Shown: positions 35,172-47,957 of the stretch, one piece after another
Layout: each line of letters starts with the position of its first letter
How positions within the stretch are numbered: position 1 is the stretch's first letter
Source of the DNA: Microthyrium microscopicum
Taxonomy: Eukaryota
Assembly (NCBI GenBank): GCA_010405405.1
Contig: MU004241.1
Coordinates: 682,001-746,000 of the forward strand
Length of the DNA: 64,000 bases
Direction: 5' to 3'
Made by a program: the position numbers and the translations under genes
Notes under the pieces: model-generated
Told to the model about the DNA's origin: nothing
Database searches by the model: none
What the model saw: only the letters and a program-made list of their open reading frames with translations

Positions 35172-35591
35172 CTAATCCTCACAAGAGCACCCACGATAAG
35201 CCTTAGTACAGCGATTCGCTACTCCTTCACAATTATTCGAACCACACTTCCCAACAGTCTTCCCACAATCATATCCGCAGGGACATCCTTTCCATTGACC
35301 CTGCCTTTCATCAGTATAACATACTAATCTGGGTGTCATGGGATGTGCTTACTGCAGTACAGGTAAGTCCACCGGGGCCTTGGTCGCCGGCACAACCATT
35401 TTCGTTGCAGTTTCTATATAGTTTGTTAGCAAAGGACGTTGAAGAAGCGAGTCGCTAAAGGGGTCGGGAGTGGAAATGACTTGCCCATTGATGCTTCCGC
35501 AAAGAATGGCTTCGATGGAGGTGTCCGCGGGTGCGGCTAGAGTTGAGGTTGCGAGCATGGCTGCTGTAAAGAGGATCTGGGAAAAACGCAT
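35172..35591 (-). CDS. Small secreted cysteine-rich protein B, 98 aa, 12 Cys, paralog of A
   Basis: Exons 35591-35485, 35413-35353, 35300-35172 give MRFSQILFTAAMLATSTLAAPADTSIEAILCGSINGNCNENGCAGDQGPGGLTCTAGQWKGCPCGYDCGKTVGKCGSNNCEGVANRCTKAYRGCSCED. Confidence 0.88.
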
Positions 35592-36246
35592 TTTGGTGTT
35601 TGTTGATTGAGTGTGGTTGAGTGTGATTGGAGGGGAATTTTGGCTGATGGTAATATGGAAATGTGGTTCATACTTATAGCATTGTCGATTGAGTCAATAC
35701 TAAGGCTGGCCGGAGATATGATAGCCAAATCGCATATGCTGGAGCATACACCGAAAGATGAGATGTCTGTCCGAAACAGTTTGTTATAGTTCGGCGGTGA
35801 GCAGTGGGCCTGTACTTCCATAAGCATATAATATCGAAGACTGTTTTCTCACCATCGCAAAGAGTTAAGAGGCTACTCTTTTGAGATCCAACGGATATGC
35901 GGCAGATTTCCAGCTCTGGCTAGATTCCTCATGCTCTTCAGACAAGCACAAAGTGGCTGATATCATGGCCAGGCATATCTCTCCTAGGTAGGCAATCGGC
36001 TAAGCACTCACACAGCCTTGTTAGGACTGTTGTTGGAAGCTTGCAACTGTATGGGATATTTATCAGAGATTCTTCAATTTAAGCAGTTTTTGTGGTATAT
36101 CTATACACACATATGTAAATCGTTGCTTTTAGACATGCTTTAGCAGTCAGCATGGAGCCAGTGCATGATGGAGGGCAATTGGGAAAAAGGTCAGAGATGT
36201 TGACTCCTTCCATAGCTTCTTCTAGTTCTCTCGTAAGCTGAAGTGA

Positions 36247-36434
36247 AAGCCATTGTATGATAGAGTAGTAGCACCTAGTTGCACAAGCTCTAGGTATTGA
36301 GTTACCATCACACCGTATCTTGGCCTCATAGAAATATTGACTATGCGCTAGTCTAGAATCAATTGCCTGTCGCGAAAACGACGATCTCAGGAAAATACCA
36401 CCTGCCCGTATGAGGGGACCGTATGCAAGAGCAA
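36247..36434. repeat. Non-coding duplicated block, copy upstream of secreted protein B
   Basis: GCCATTGTATGATAG..GCACAAGCTC..TTGAGTTACCATCACAC..GGGACC..CAAGAGCAA. Confidence 0.8.
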
Positions 36435-36978
36435 TTTGGACGAAATATCAGTAAGAGAATAAGACAGTCCGTCTTTCGTAATAGTGTTTAGATTAACGTT
36501 TAAGTACCAGTACCATCAGGATCGATCTGCGGAGTTGAGAGTGTTCTCATCAGGAAATGCAAACACAAACGCCAAACCTGTCAACCTTCAATGCAAAGGT
36601 TTCAGCCTCCTCGCCTATGGGATATCATAAATGCTACAAAACGAAAACACATTGGATGACAAATCGGTTCGTTACATAGGAAAAGGAAGCTCTGAGTGAG
36701 CGGCACGCGGTGAGCAAAATTAGCGGCACTCATCTGGCCATCTCCTCACCAAAAATAATGCTTGATTCTGATAACTCGCCACCACGGTCGAAATAAAAAT
36801 TTCTAAACAGATAGATCTCTTATGTTCGTTTGCTTTAGCCTATAACAAAGATTTCAAGACATCCAACCCGGTTTGGGTCAAGATAAATATTGCTAAAGTT
36901 GGCTATTTAGGTGAGGAACGGGGCTTGCTTTGTGAGTGCCGCTAATTTTGCTCACCGCGTGGCGGGTATAATAGCCTA

Positions 36979-39254
36979 TTAGTGGACTTGCGGAAGTGAG
37001 GCGGCGTTCGGTTGGTGTATATCTGGTGGATGTGTATTAGCTTCCAGACCGGGGACTTTTGAATCAAGCAGGTGGTGAGACTCGTCGACATGTACACCGC
37101 TGTCTCGTTCGGCCCCGCTTGATGAACCGGTTTCGTGTATGTCGTCAGCTGGGCTAAAGGTGCCATCGAATGACATGGCGAGACCAAGAAGTCCGTCGGT
37201 GGCGTTCATGATGGCTGCGAGGGGAGTGGTACTGTCGGGCGGACTCCAGGAACCGAGTAGACCTTTGCGTTGTTCGGGCTCGTCGTCGTCGACTTCGTCC
37301 TCGGGCGATTGGGCAGCTGTCTCGTCATGAATTGAGAGATTGCTCATGTCTTCCTGTTGGAGAACACGGCCACCTAGTTTGATGTCGGATACTCGGACCT
37401 GAAATGGTTAGTTGGATTTCTTTTTGAGAACGATGTGAGAGAATGTACCTTGTATGCGAGCGCTCGGCGCCCTTCTGCGATCATGTCTTCAGTCCATGCC
37501 ATACATCGTTTAAGCGACTGATTCATCTTTTGAGAATCTATGAGTAGCTGCCTATGCTTATCAAGATCCAGTTGCAAGCGTTTCTCATCTTTTGCCAATC
37601 GAGTAGAATCGCGCTGAGATAGCGATAATGGAGACATTAGTGATGACTCTACTGATTCATCCGATAGAGACAAGTCCTGGTCATCATCCTCATCAAGGTC
37701 ATACAAGTCATCACCAGAATGGGATAGTTTGTCCTTGACAGACTCATCTACATCCGAGTCAAGCATTTCATCTTCATCTCCGGTCGCTGGCATCATGGAT
37801 CCCAGGCTCGACAGACGACCAGCACGTGAGAGTCGCCTAAATCTACGTAATTCCGATTTCTGACGCCGTACTTCACGCTCAAGCTGTCGATTTATTGCGA
37901 GTAAGCTTGAATTACTAATTTCCAGATCCAACACTTTCCGTTCTCTCCTTGCATTAGCCGCTGCTTCAGCAAAGCCAGTCAACTGAAGGTTTGGTTGGGA
38001 GGTTGGAGATTGCGGTAAAGAATAGGAAGCTTGGTTTGAATTTGAATTTGATGTGTTTGGCCGGACATCCTGAGAAAGATCTATTGATGTTGGATGAGAC
38101 GTTCGAGGCGGTGGCAAGCGTGCTACCGCTGGAGCACTGGTAGGACTACCCCTTGCATGAAGAGCATTTCGTAATTGAGTATCTAATGCTGTAAGACTCG
38201 ACTTTCGACTCGAAGAGCTGGTATCAATTGAGCTCAGACTTCCTGCTCTTGCATGGGCTCTAGGCGAGCGGTTAAGCTGTCCTAATATGCTGGTCGATTC
38301 TTTGGGACTCGATGGCTCCTCTAATGGGGGCAGAATTGGAACGGTAGTAACGGTCCGCTTCGGCAAAACTTGTGATACGCCCTTACGGTAGGTGAGGTGA
38401 AATCCTGATTTTTGAGGAGAGGGAGGTCTATTGGAAAACGACACTGACGATGAAGAATCTGTCCGAGATGCTGTTGGACGTAGCTCTGGAGACGTGACTC
38501 TCCCTGGAATGCTGGGCAGTGGTGGTACAGAGTTCGTTTCTGGTTTACCATTTGCATGGTAGAATTGGCTCTTACTCGATCTGGCACTAACATTTGATAA
38601 GGGTGGCGAGGGTGCTCGTGACATTCGTAGAGCCTCATTCTCCTCTTGCTGTCCATTGGCGTAGAAAAATGATGGGACTTTCTTTGGCAGAGGAGGGAGA
38701 GGGATAGGCTCTAAATTCTTTGCATCACTAGCATGGAAGAAACTTGAGCCATTTAATTCAGTTGGACTTGCCAACCCCTCTCGCGGAGAATTGCTTCCAG
38801 ACTTTGATATGCTCGAAAATGTTGTTGCCCGAACGAGAGGGGATCTTGCACTAGCATTTCCATCGCCAACAACACTGTGTGGTCTCTTATTCGCAGTCCA
38901 TCCCACATGCGCCGAAGCTCTACTTCGGCTAGCGGCATCTTGGGTCGGAGTTTGCACTGGGGTGCCCGTTGGCGTCGTGTGAGTACTCGTCGAGTCTATA
39001 CGTGATTTACGAGATGACGAGCGCGGAGTGATGTTACCACCAAGTAACGCTTTAACGGGAGTGTTGAGATCATCCTTGACGATAGGCGATCGGATACCAT
39101 TGGTGTCGGAGCGGGAGGAGGTAACAGAGGCGACAGAAGGGCTGGGAGAGGCCCTGAGATGCTGAGCAGCCAGGCGCGGAGTGATTGGGGATTTGGTGCC
39201 GGCGATTCGGGGTAGGAGAGGCTTGTTATTGTTTGAATTCTTGTCGAAGGGCAT
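36979..39254 (-). CDS. Conserved fungal Ser/Pro-rich hypothetical protein with coiled-coil motifs
   Basis: 626-codon ORF with ANARRERKVLDLEISNSSLLAINRQLERE and DEKRLQLDLDKH..MNQSLKRC; an intron at about 37399-37449 continues into VRVSDIKLGGRVL. Confidence 0.85.
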
Positions 39255-40053
39255 TATGGAATCGCGGGCGGGTGCTAACGATACGGGCGGCGGAGAGGAA
39301 CCGTCATGGCGACAATGGGCGAGAGGAGAGGCGAGTGGTGTAGGCGCAAACAGTGAGGACTGGCGACCAGAGGAAGAGAGTGATTAGCGGTATATTAGGT
39401 GGTGATGTAAGTTGTGGTAGGAGTTGAAGTGGAGATGTTGATACAAGGGAGCGGACTTGGTGTATGAGAGGTGGTAGGCAAAAATAGACTTCAGCTGCCG
39501 GGGAAAGACCAAACAACTTGCCTTCCTTTCACTTTCTTGGCCCTTTTATCTTCCAAGATAGAGTATCTATGAGAAAGTCTCACGAGGTTAAATCAATCTA
39601 GAAATTCAGCGAGGATTTTCCAAGTGTTGTTATTATTATTGTTTATGACTGGATGCTTCCTTTGTTATGTTTCACAGTGCTTCTTCACCCAAAACTCCAC
39701 AACCTCTTTTCTACTAACTCATCCTGGAGCAGGATCCATGTCTAAATATTGGGAGAATTCAATGCTGAAATTGCCACTAGACGCGCTCTGATGCCCACCA
39801 AACGCTGGCATCTCTCCTATGGTTTACAACCTACAATCGCTCTGTTCAAGCGCGATTGCTAAATTAACCTCGTATATTGTCCCGATTCCACGCGTTGGAT
39901 CCAACATCTCAAGTAATTGATTTTGCTGGAGCTACTTTGGCCCAACCCGAGTATCCTTGCAGGAGCAAGCATGCGCGTCAACGCCGCGTCCCCGGATTAA
40001 AGCTCTGTCCATCGTCCATATATCAGTCGCTTATATACCTCACCACACTCGTC

Positions 40054-42109
40054 ATGCTCTCTCCAGAGTGTCAAGACCATGAAGAATTACAACACCATGG
40101 CTCTACCGAAATGGCTGAGTCATTAGAGATTGAAAGTCCATCCAAGAAACCTCAAGAACCGTTGAAGAACCACCCAAAAGACGTCCCCGAGAACGAAAAC
40201 GACCAACACTCCCTCAAATATCGCCTGCTTGGCCCATCCCTTACAAAAGCCGGTCAAGATGCTGTTGATCAGTCCAAAATATCAGAGATCATCTACGAAG
40301 CTTCCAAAGGCTCCAAGTTCTTTGCCAACGAACAGGCTCGCGATCGCGCCCTGACCGAGAAAATAAAACATATCCTCGCCAAACGCGACCAATTGCTCAA
40401 GCAAAATCTTTCCCACGATATCCGCAAAGCCGATGAATACCTCGCCAGCCTAGAAGCAGACCGTGATATCAGTCAAGTCATTGTTCATGTTGACTGCGAT
40501 GCCTTCTACGCCGCCGTCGAAGAACTTGACCGCCCAGATCTCAAAAACGTACCATTTGCCGTTGGCAAAGGCGTGTTGACTACATGCAATTACGAAGCAC
40601 GTAAATATGGCTGCCGGAGTGCCATGGCTGGCTTCGTTGCGCTGAAATTGTGCCCACAACTCGTGTTTTTACCACTCAACTTCGACAAATATATTGCAAA
40701 AGCACAAGAGACGCGTTCAGTGTTTGCAAAATACGATCCACGCTACCAGTCTGCTAGTTTGGACGAGGCATATCTGAACATTACAAGCTACTGCGAGGAG
40801 CACTCGCTAACACCATGGGACGCGGTACAACAGCTACGCGCTGAAGTTGTCGCTCATGCCAAAATCACCGTATCTGCTGGCATCGCAGCAAATGCCAAAC
40901 TCGCCAAAATCGCCAGTAACCAGAAGAAGCCCAATGGCCAGTTCATGATCGAATCAAATCGCGAGGCAATCATGTCCTTCATGGACGACCTACCTGTACG
41001 AAAGGTCAACGGCGTCGGTACGTTCTACCCAACCAATCTTACGCGTTCATACCAAACCCTTCCACCTGCCTTTAAAAATTCCCCAAAGTAGCTGTAATCA
41101 CTATAAACCTTCCTCCTAACTAACCCACCCAGGCCGTGTCCTCGAACGCCAACTCGACGCCATAGGCATAACAACCTGTGACACCATCCACGCCCACCGC
41201 GGTCTCCTCTCCCCACTCTTCGGCACCAAAGCCGCCACCTTCCTGCTACAAACATATCTCGGTCTCGGCCGCACCGCCGTCGCCCCCGCCGAAGAATCAG
41301 AGCGCAAATCCGTCGGCACAGAACGCACGTTTGCAGAAACGTCCGGCAAATCCGTGTTGCGTGAAAAACTCAACCACCTCGCAGTGGAGCTTGAATGCGA
41401 TTTGAAGCGCAATGAAGTCAAGGGCCGGACACTGGTGCTTAAGATCAAGTTGCATACATATGAGGTTGTGTCGAGGCAGACTGTGACGCCGTTTCCGGTC
41501 CAGAGGGCGGTAGATTTGGAGAAATTCGCGACGCCGTTGTTGAGGAGGTTGGAGGGGGAGTATCCTAATATGAGGCTGCGGTTGATGGGGTTGAGATGTA
41601 CAGGGCTGGTGAGCACGGCGAAGACGGAGGTGGATTTCTTTGGGACGAAAAGGGAGAAGAAAGAGGGGCCGAAGGTGGATAGTGAGGGGTGGGAGATTTG
41701 GCCGGAGGCAGAGTTTGAATGTGCTGAGGAGGAAGAACGGTTGGCGGAGGTCGAGGAGATGGAGGCGCTGTCGCAAGAATATGAAGCTTCCAGGGAGAAA
41801 ATGGATCAGGCGGTGGAGACATCAGAGCCCAAAGTGAAGACTCCTGAGCGGCCGGCTGAGGAGGAGAGCTGGGAGTGTCCGGTCTGTGGCCGGAGACAGA
41901 TAGGTGGTGAAAGGGTGATGAATGAGCATATCGACACATGCCTGTCTCGCCGGACGATCGTGGATGTGGTCAAGGAGCAGAAAGAACAGGAGACGACGCC
42001 GCGATTGAAGAGTCAGCCAGCGAATGTGATTCGCAAGAAAAGAGGGCGGCGGAAGGAGAGCGGTGATGTTGGTACGAGGAACGTAAGACAGAAGAGCTTG
42101 TTTGACTAA
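40054..42109 (+). CDS. POLK: Y-family DNA polymerase kappa (DinB) with C-terminal UBZ-type zinc finger
   Basis: IYEASKGSKFF N-clasp, IVHVDCDAFYA, TCNYEARKYG, SLDEAYL, NKPNGQ-like, ERKSVGTERTF and CPVC..HIDTCL. Intron about 41018-41132. Start could be 40111. Confidence 0.93.
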
Positions 42110-43279
42110 GTGTCACGATTGATGAGATATGAAGTTATGTATGAGATTACTGTTAACTATTGCTAGAACCTATCTTGGGCGATTAATGTTGAGCCGTTCA
42201 CGTTCTCTGTCCATGGTACTCGTCAGCTCCCAGACTACTTCTCTGAGTAAAGGCATTTGTTTCTTACGACTATTGGCGAGTTGCTGACATGCTCACTTGC
42301 TCTGTCACTATTTTCCGTCTTGCATTTTGTCCCTCTTCAACTATCATCCACGCGCAAGACTGTTGCTGCGATACGTCCACGGTAGCATATCTGTATTGAC
42401 TGGAGCGTCGTATTCCAGTTTTGGCAGGCTACAAGTGTGTTAAACTCGTTCTGGATCTGATCACCTTGCAAGGGCGCATTCGATAATAGCCGAGCTACTC
42501 AGGTTGTTGAACTGACGAAAAACCTAGCTACCAGAAAACCTGTGGCCGTCTTTCTCTCGACAAAAGATTGTTTGTAGTAGTCTGGACTCTTACACGCCTA
42601 CAAACTGTCAGTGACTGGTCGATGGAGCCGCATCGCGTGGAGAACCATAGCCGTGGATTTTCCACAAGCCACCTCCAAAAACAACACCATTGTGGAATTG
42701 ATTTACCAGGTTCGAGCAGTGAGACACAATCGTATCCTAGTATCTTTCATGTAGGTTGGATATTTCCTAACTTCAAACAGATTAGAATCAATCATCTTGG
42801 GCCAGACATGTCGTTGTCTTCACAATCAGCTGGCGACAGTTTATCCACTACTGCATACCCCAGACTCCCCAGAGTTTACTCCAAACTATTACGACTACTC
42901 CAGGTTCTCCATAGTTTTCTGGGGTAGTCAGGCAGTAGTGGAAGTTCTTTGAGTTGTTCATACACTTTCCCTAGACAAAATTGCAACTTATCCTTGCTAT
43001 CGTGGTGCATGCATGACCACTAGCTCATCACTTGATCAAGACGTCTAGTCAATCGAGCATCATATCTGGCGCCAAAGAAAGGAATAGGCCTTCCATCAGC
43101 GCAAGCCTCCACCGTCCACGACCTGCATGTATTGTGGCAGGGAACGCATTTCCCGAGAGCATGGCTACGCAGGAAACTACAGATTGGGAGCTTGTCAATG
43201 TCCAGTCAAGATCTACATGTATATCTCATCAATCCGCTGTTGCTTAAGTTACTGGTAATTTGATCCTTAGATCTCGATC

Positions 43280-45212
43280 ATGGCTACAGATATGGTACAT
43301 GAAAAGTCAACCATTGACCACATTGATAATGTCGACAGATCTCACAGTCTGGTGGAAGAGGATGTGAAAGGTCGAGACTTTACAGTTGCAGACACAGATC
43401 TTCCCCCTGGATACTTCCGAAGCTTCAGTTTTATCGGATCTATCTTCGCAATTGGAGCCGCTTTTGGCTGTGCGGTTGGTGGCTTCAGTCTCATTGCACC
43501 TGTCTTGGCCATTATCAACGCTGATGTGGGACCTGATCCAAATATCATCTGGCTGGCACTTGGTTACCTACTCACAACTTCCATTGGCCTTATCCTTGTT
43601 GGACGCATTACCGACTTGTTTGGACGACGATGGGTTTTCATTTTCGGTAACGTGATTGCTTTGCTTGGTGCCATTGTCTGTGCCACAGCCCATGGTGTTC
43701 CTCAACTCATTGCCGGTGAAACACTGATTGGAGCTGGAGCTTCTGTTCAACTATCGTATTCTTGTAAGAACGATAACTTTCAAAAACGAGTTCAATACTA
43801 AAGAAACATAGTTGCCGTGTCCGAACTTGTCCCCACAAAATACAGATTTATTGCACAAGCATGCATCTTTCTCTGGGGCATTCCATTCTCCGGGTTGGCT
43901 GCTGCTGTTTCTTATGCATTTATCTATCAAACATCTGCAGGATGGAGAGGGTAAGTTCTGAACGATGACTCTAGTGACTATATTCTAACATATACAGTAT
44001 CTACTATATGCTCATTGGACTCAACGGAGCAACAACTCTACTCTTTTTCTTCTGTTATCATCCCCCGAACTTCGCCATGAAACACGGGACCGCAAGACAA
44101 TGGGAGTTCATCAAGCATTTCGATTATATTGGCACTATTGTGATCATCCTAGGACTGTTGCTCTTCCTTATGGGACTCTCGTGGGGCGGTACACTCTACC
44201 CGTGGAATTCAGCCCACGTAATTGCAACCCTCGTCGTCGGTGCCGCTCTTATCGTGGCGTTCGTCTTCTACGAGATGTTTGCAAACCTCAAAGAACCTCT
44301 CATGCCGATCCATCTCTTCAAACGTCGAGATTGGGTTGTCATCCTCGTTCTATGGGCATTAGGAGCAGCCGTCTACTATGCAAATGCTATTCTCTGGCCC
44401 GGAATGGTTGCGACGGTCTATTCAGAGGGGCACGGTACCATGTGGATTGGCTGGGTTAGCTGCATTCCTAGCTGCGGAATTCTATTTGGAGAGTATTGTG
44501 GTGCCTGGTATCGTAAGAAGACCCATATGCAGATCAGAGTGGCTTTCATTGTTGGAGCTATTTTCCTCGCCTGTAAGTTTAAGCCCCGTCCACTTGGCAG
44601 ATGTTACCTTGGATACTAAATATGTTAGGTATGGCTACAAGCACTACAGACTCACTAGTTCGCTCTGGAATCATGATCTTCATTGCATCAAGCTTCATTG
44701 GATGGAATGAGATTCTTTGCTCCACGATATCCACCATCGTAATCGATGACCAGCGGGAAATTGGTACAGCAACAGGAACAGCTGGGTCTGCTCGATCCCT
44801 GATTTCAACAATCTGTTCCACCGTCTTTACCACTGTTTTATCAAATCGACTTGCGAAAACGATTCCAGCCCAAGTTCCTGGGGCACTGGTGAACGCAGGT
44901 TTACCAGCAGGCTCAGTTGCCTCGTTCTTGACTGCGATAGCTTCAGGATCTGCTGCTGCGTTTGCCAAGGTGTCTGGGCTCACTCCAGAAATCCAAGCTG
45001 CTGGAATGGCTGCATACAGGAAGGCATCTGTTGATGCTTACAATACTGTCTTCCTCACAACCATCGCTTTCAGTGGTATTGCAATCATCTTTTCGATATT
45101 TGCTCCAAATGTCGATCATCTGTTGAATTCAAACGTGGCTGCAACACTACATGAGCGGAATACCGATACTGTCGTTGGAGCAAGAAGAAAGATGGAAGAG
45201 ACCAATGTCTAG
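43280..45212 (+). CDS. 14-TM MFS efflux transporter, Tri12-like family
   Basis: LPPGYFRS..FIGS, INADVGP, GRITDLFGRRW, VSELVP, CYHPP, FDYIG and IGTATG..GSAR; three short introns. Confidence 0.88.
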
Positions 45213-45949
45213 TTCATGGTAGACGGAACTCAATAGCAGCTTTTGAGAATTCGCTAGTTCAATAAGTACTAGAACGTTGAAGAGGAAGTCGAAAATATCA
45301 TTGTATGAAGCTTTAATGCCTAAGTTTACTGTATCAGTGCCCGCCTCAATCCAGACTACGAAGATCATGTTGCTATAATGATTAAAGCAAGCTTAAAAAA
45401 AGGGGGAAATATTTTCGAAGGCATGTCATGATTCACTCCTTACCAAAATTCCTGCTGACATGGTTGCGTATTATGGTAGATATGGTAGGAAAGTAAAACG
45501 CATCTTGCACCTCCAACTGATCGTCTACGACTTTCCCAAGCTTGTTACTTTCCTACGAACCTGATACTGATAGGCAAGTACTTAGTTAGTCATCTGGGTG
45601 GGTAAACAAAATGAGTTTGAAGAGAAAAAAACCCGTCCAGAACAGCAGTAAGGTCAACTTGTCAAGCTGATCTTCAGGTACATGCAATTCGGTATAACTA
45701 CATGACATTCTTAGATGGCAAGAATTGAGACTTCCTGTCATTGTTTGAATAATAACATGTGCTTGTACGGTTAACGGTGCCCGAGTCAACTGATAGAACA
45801 CCTCGAACAACAAAATGGAAGTACATTGCCGATTCAAGTTACCTTGGTTGAGCATCAAAATCACAGCACCAGTTATAAACCCTATGACCTTGAATAGACG
45901 TCAAACCCCTTCTGCTACACATTCAAGAAACCGCATCTAAGTAACCAGC

Positions 45950-46839
45950 ATGGCTCAAACAAAAATCGCCATTATCACTGGTGGAGGTGCGTACATCATA
46001 ATCAAACCTATGATATTAACTAATCTCATATAGCCAGTGGAATTGGTTTGGCGACTACCAAAGCAATTGCTTCAAGACCAGACTGGAAGGTGTATATCCT
46101 CGACGCAAACAAGGCCGCTGGTGAAGCTGTTGCTTCTAGCATCGGGTCAAAGGTCGCCTTCATTCCCGTGGATCTCACCATCTACGACTCTCAGGCACAA
46201 TGCTTCAAGAAAATATTCCAGGCTGAAAAGAGGATCGATTTTGTTTATGCAAATGCAGGAATTGCAGAAAGGGGGACTTTTTACCAAACCTTTGACACTG
46301 GAATTGAACCACCGCCAGAGCCCCCGGAGATGAAACTTCTCATTGATATCTTGGTCAATGGTGCTGAATGCACTGCATATCTGGCTCGTCATTATTTCCG
46401 ACTTTCTCCAGCAAACGCCGACCGCAATATCGTAATTACATCAAGCTGTGGAGGCTTTTATCCAAGCTATTACTCGCCTATCTATACCAGTGGCAAGCAT
46501 GCTATACTAGGATTCATGAGAGCGATCGCACCAATTTATTATGATTCCGATAAAATTCGAGTCAATGCAGTCTGCCCAGGAACTGTCAAAACCAATTTGT
46601 TGAGCAAAAGTGAATGGTCACAGTTTCCGGAGGAGTACTTTACGCCCGTGGAAAAGATTGTCCAGGCAGTATTGATACTGTGTGATGGAAAAGATGATAC
46701 TGATAAAGGGAAAGATATTGGACTAATGAATGGTAAAGCCATTGAATGCTCGGGGAAGAACCATTACTATAGAGAGCCGGTGGAATATTGCGACGAAGCA
46801 ATGAGAGCTGTTATGGCAAGTACGGAAAGAACTAACTGA
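45950..46839 (+). CDS. Classical short-chain dehydrogenase/reductase (15-PGDH-like)
   Basis: TGGASGIG across intron 45987-46033, IDFVYANAGI, YTSGK (YxxxK), IRVNAVCPG. Confidence 0.92.
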
Positions 46840-47369
46840 AACAGTTAATGCCTAGAATTACTTTCAATGGTACATCCAGCGTTCTTCCCAAATTCGTCTC
46901 GCTTCTCCTTCTGGCGTAGTAACTTACGGGCACAAAGCCAGCCTTTCTCCAAAACGTGTTTGTATCGTTCAAACTTCTCTACTTGACGTGCACAAGGAAG
47001 GACCGGCTCTCCCCATTCGCTTTCACCTGAAAATTGAGACGCATTTCCATAATCGTGACCAATACTCGACCCCGAACTATTGGGCGCATGATAGTCCGAT
47101 ATTTCAGGATTGTATTGCAAGTGTTGTGGATCAAAATAAGATCCAAGATTATACTAGTAATTCGATATCACATCTTCCAAAAAGTCGAGTCGGACAAGTT
47201 CTGCTGAAACAGATCTTTAAATTTCCCCCGATCGGAGGTGTACTCTGCTCCCATCTTCCTTCGAATCTTAAGCCCGCTCAAGTAAGACTTGAGCAATGAC
47301 GCTGAGCCTTAGGCTTTGGACATAGAAGCCAAAGTGTATGACTGCTTCCGAAGTTTACCTAGACCAAAT

Positions 47370-47957
47370 CTACGTATTACGTCCCCGGCCGAGTAAAGAA
47401 GGCTTGAAATGCTGTTGGTAGCGAGCAAAATCAAAGATCCCATCTTCAAGATCCAGACTGATGGGGTCGCCCTTCCAGCAGAAAGCTTTGCCATCTTCAA
47501 TTACCCCTGTATCGGATCGGTGAATCCCCAGAGGGCATGTAGTATACGCAGCCGTCTCATATGCTGCAAGCTTTTCGAAGTGTTCCAGAGTTTCGACTTT
47601 CCAGATTTTGCCAGTCACTGTACCTTTCGGCGACGGTACCAAAGCTGGATATATACTCCACATCTTGATTTTGAAGTCCTTTATAGTAGCTGGCTGTAGA
47701 AGAGGTAGTTCTGGTAGCTTCAAGATATGTTGAAGCACCTCTGGATCCATCAGTGAGCCATAGAAGAAGAAATAGCTCGGCGTGTAATCCTCTGGTGCTG
47801 CAGCTGAATACGATAACATATGGGTTACAAGTGGATTTTCCAGAGCTGCAATCTTCGCTGAGATTGCTGAAGAAACTGCGCCTGGTGCTTGTTGACCGGC
47901 TGACTTCTTTAGAAAAATGAAGGTTGGCGGTGGTGGAGGTGGAGGTATGGTGACCAT
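47370..47957 (-). CDS. Gamma-glutamylcyclotransferase-like / AIG2-like protein
   Basis: FFYGSLMDPEVL, YPALVP, V.G.W.V, LAAYET.AY; likely ATG at 47957. Confidence 0.85.
   Translation of the reverse strand: MVTIPPPPPPPTFIFLKKSAGQQAPGAVSSAISAKIAALENPLVTHMLSYSAAAPEDYTPSYFFFYGSLMDPEVLQHILKLPELPLLQPATIKDFKIKMWSIYPALVPSPKGTVTGKIWKVETLEHFEKLAAYETAAYTTCPLGIHRSDTGVIEDGKAFCWKGDPISLDLEDGIFDFARYQQHFKPSLLGRGRNT

Noticed and set aside
46845..47300. 91-103 aa ORFs between the SDR and GGCT-like genes
   Set aside because: Non-ATG starts and no motifs; likely shared 3' regions or an unrecognisable remnant.
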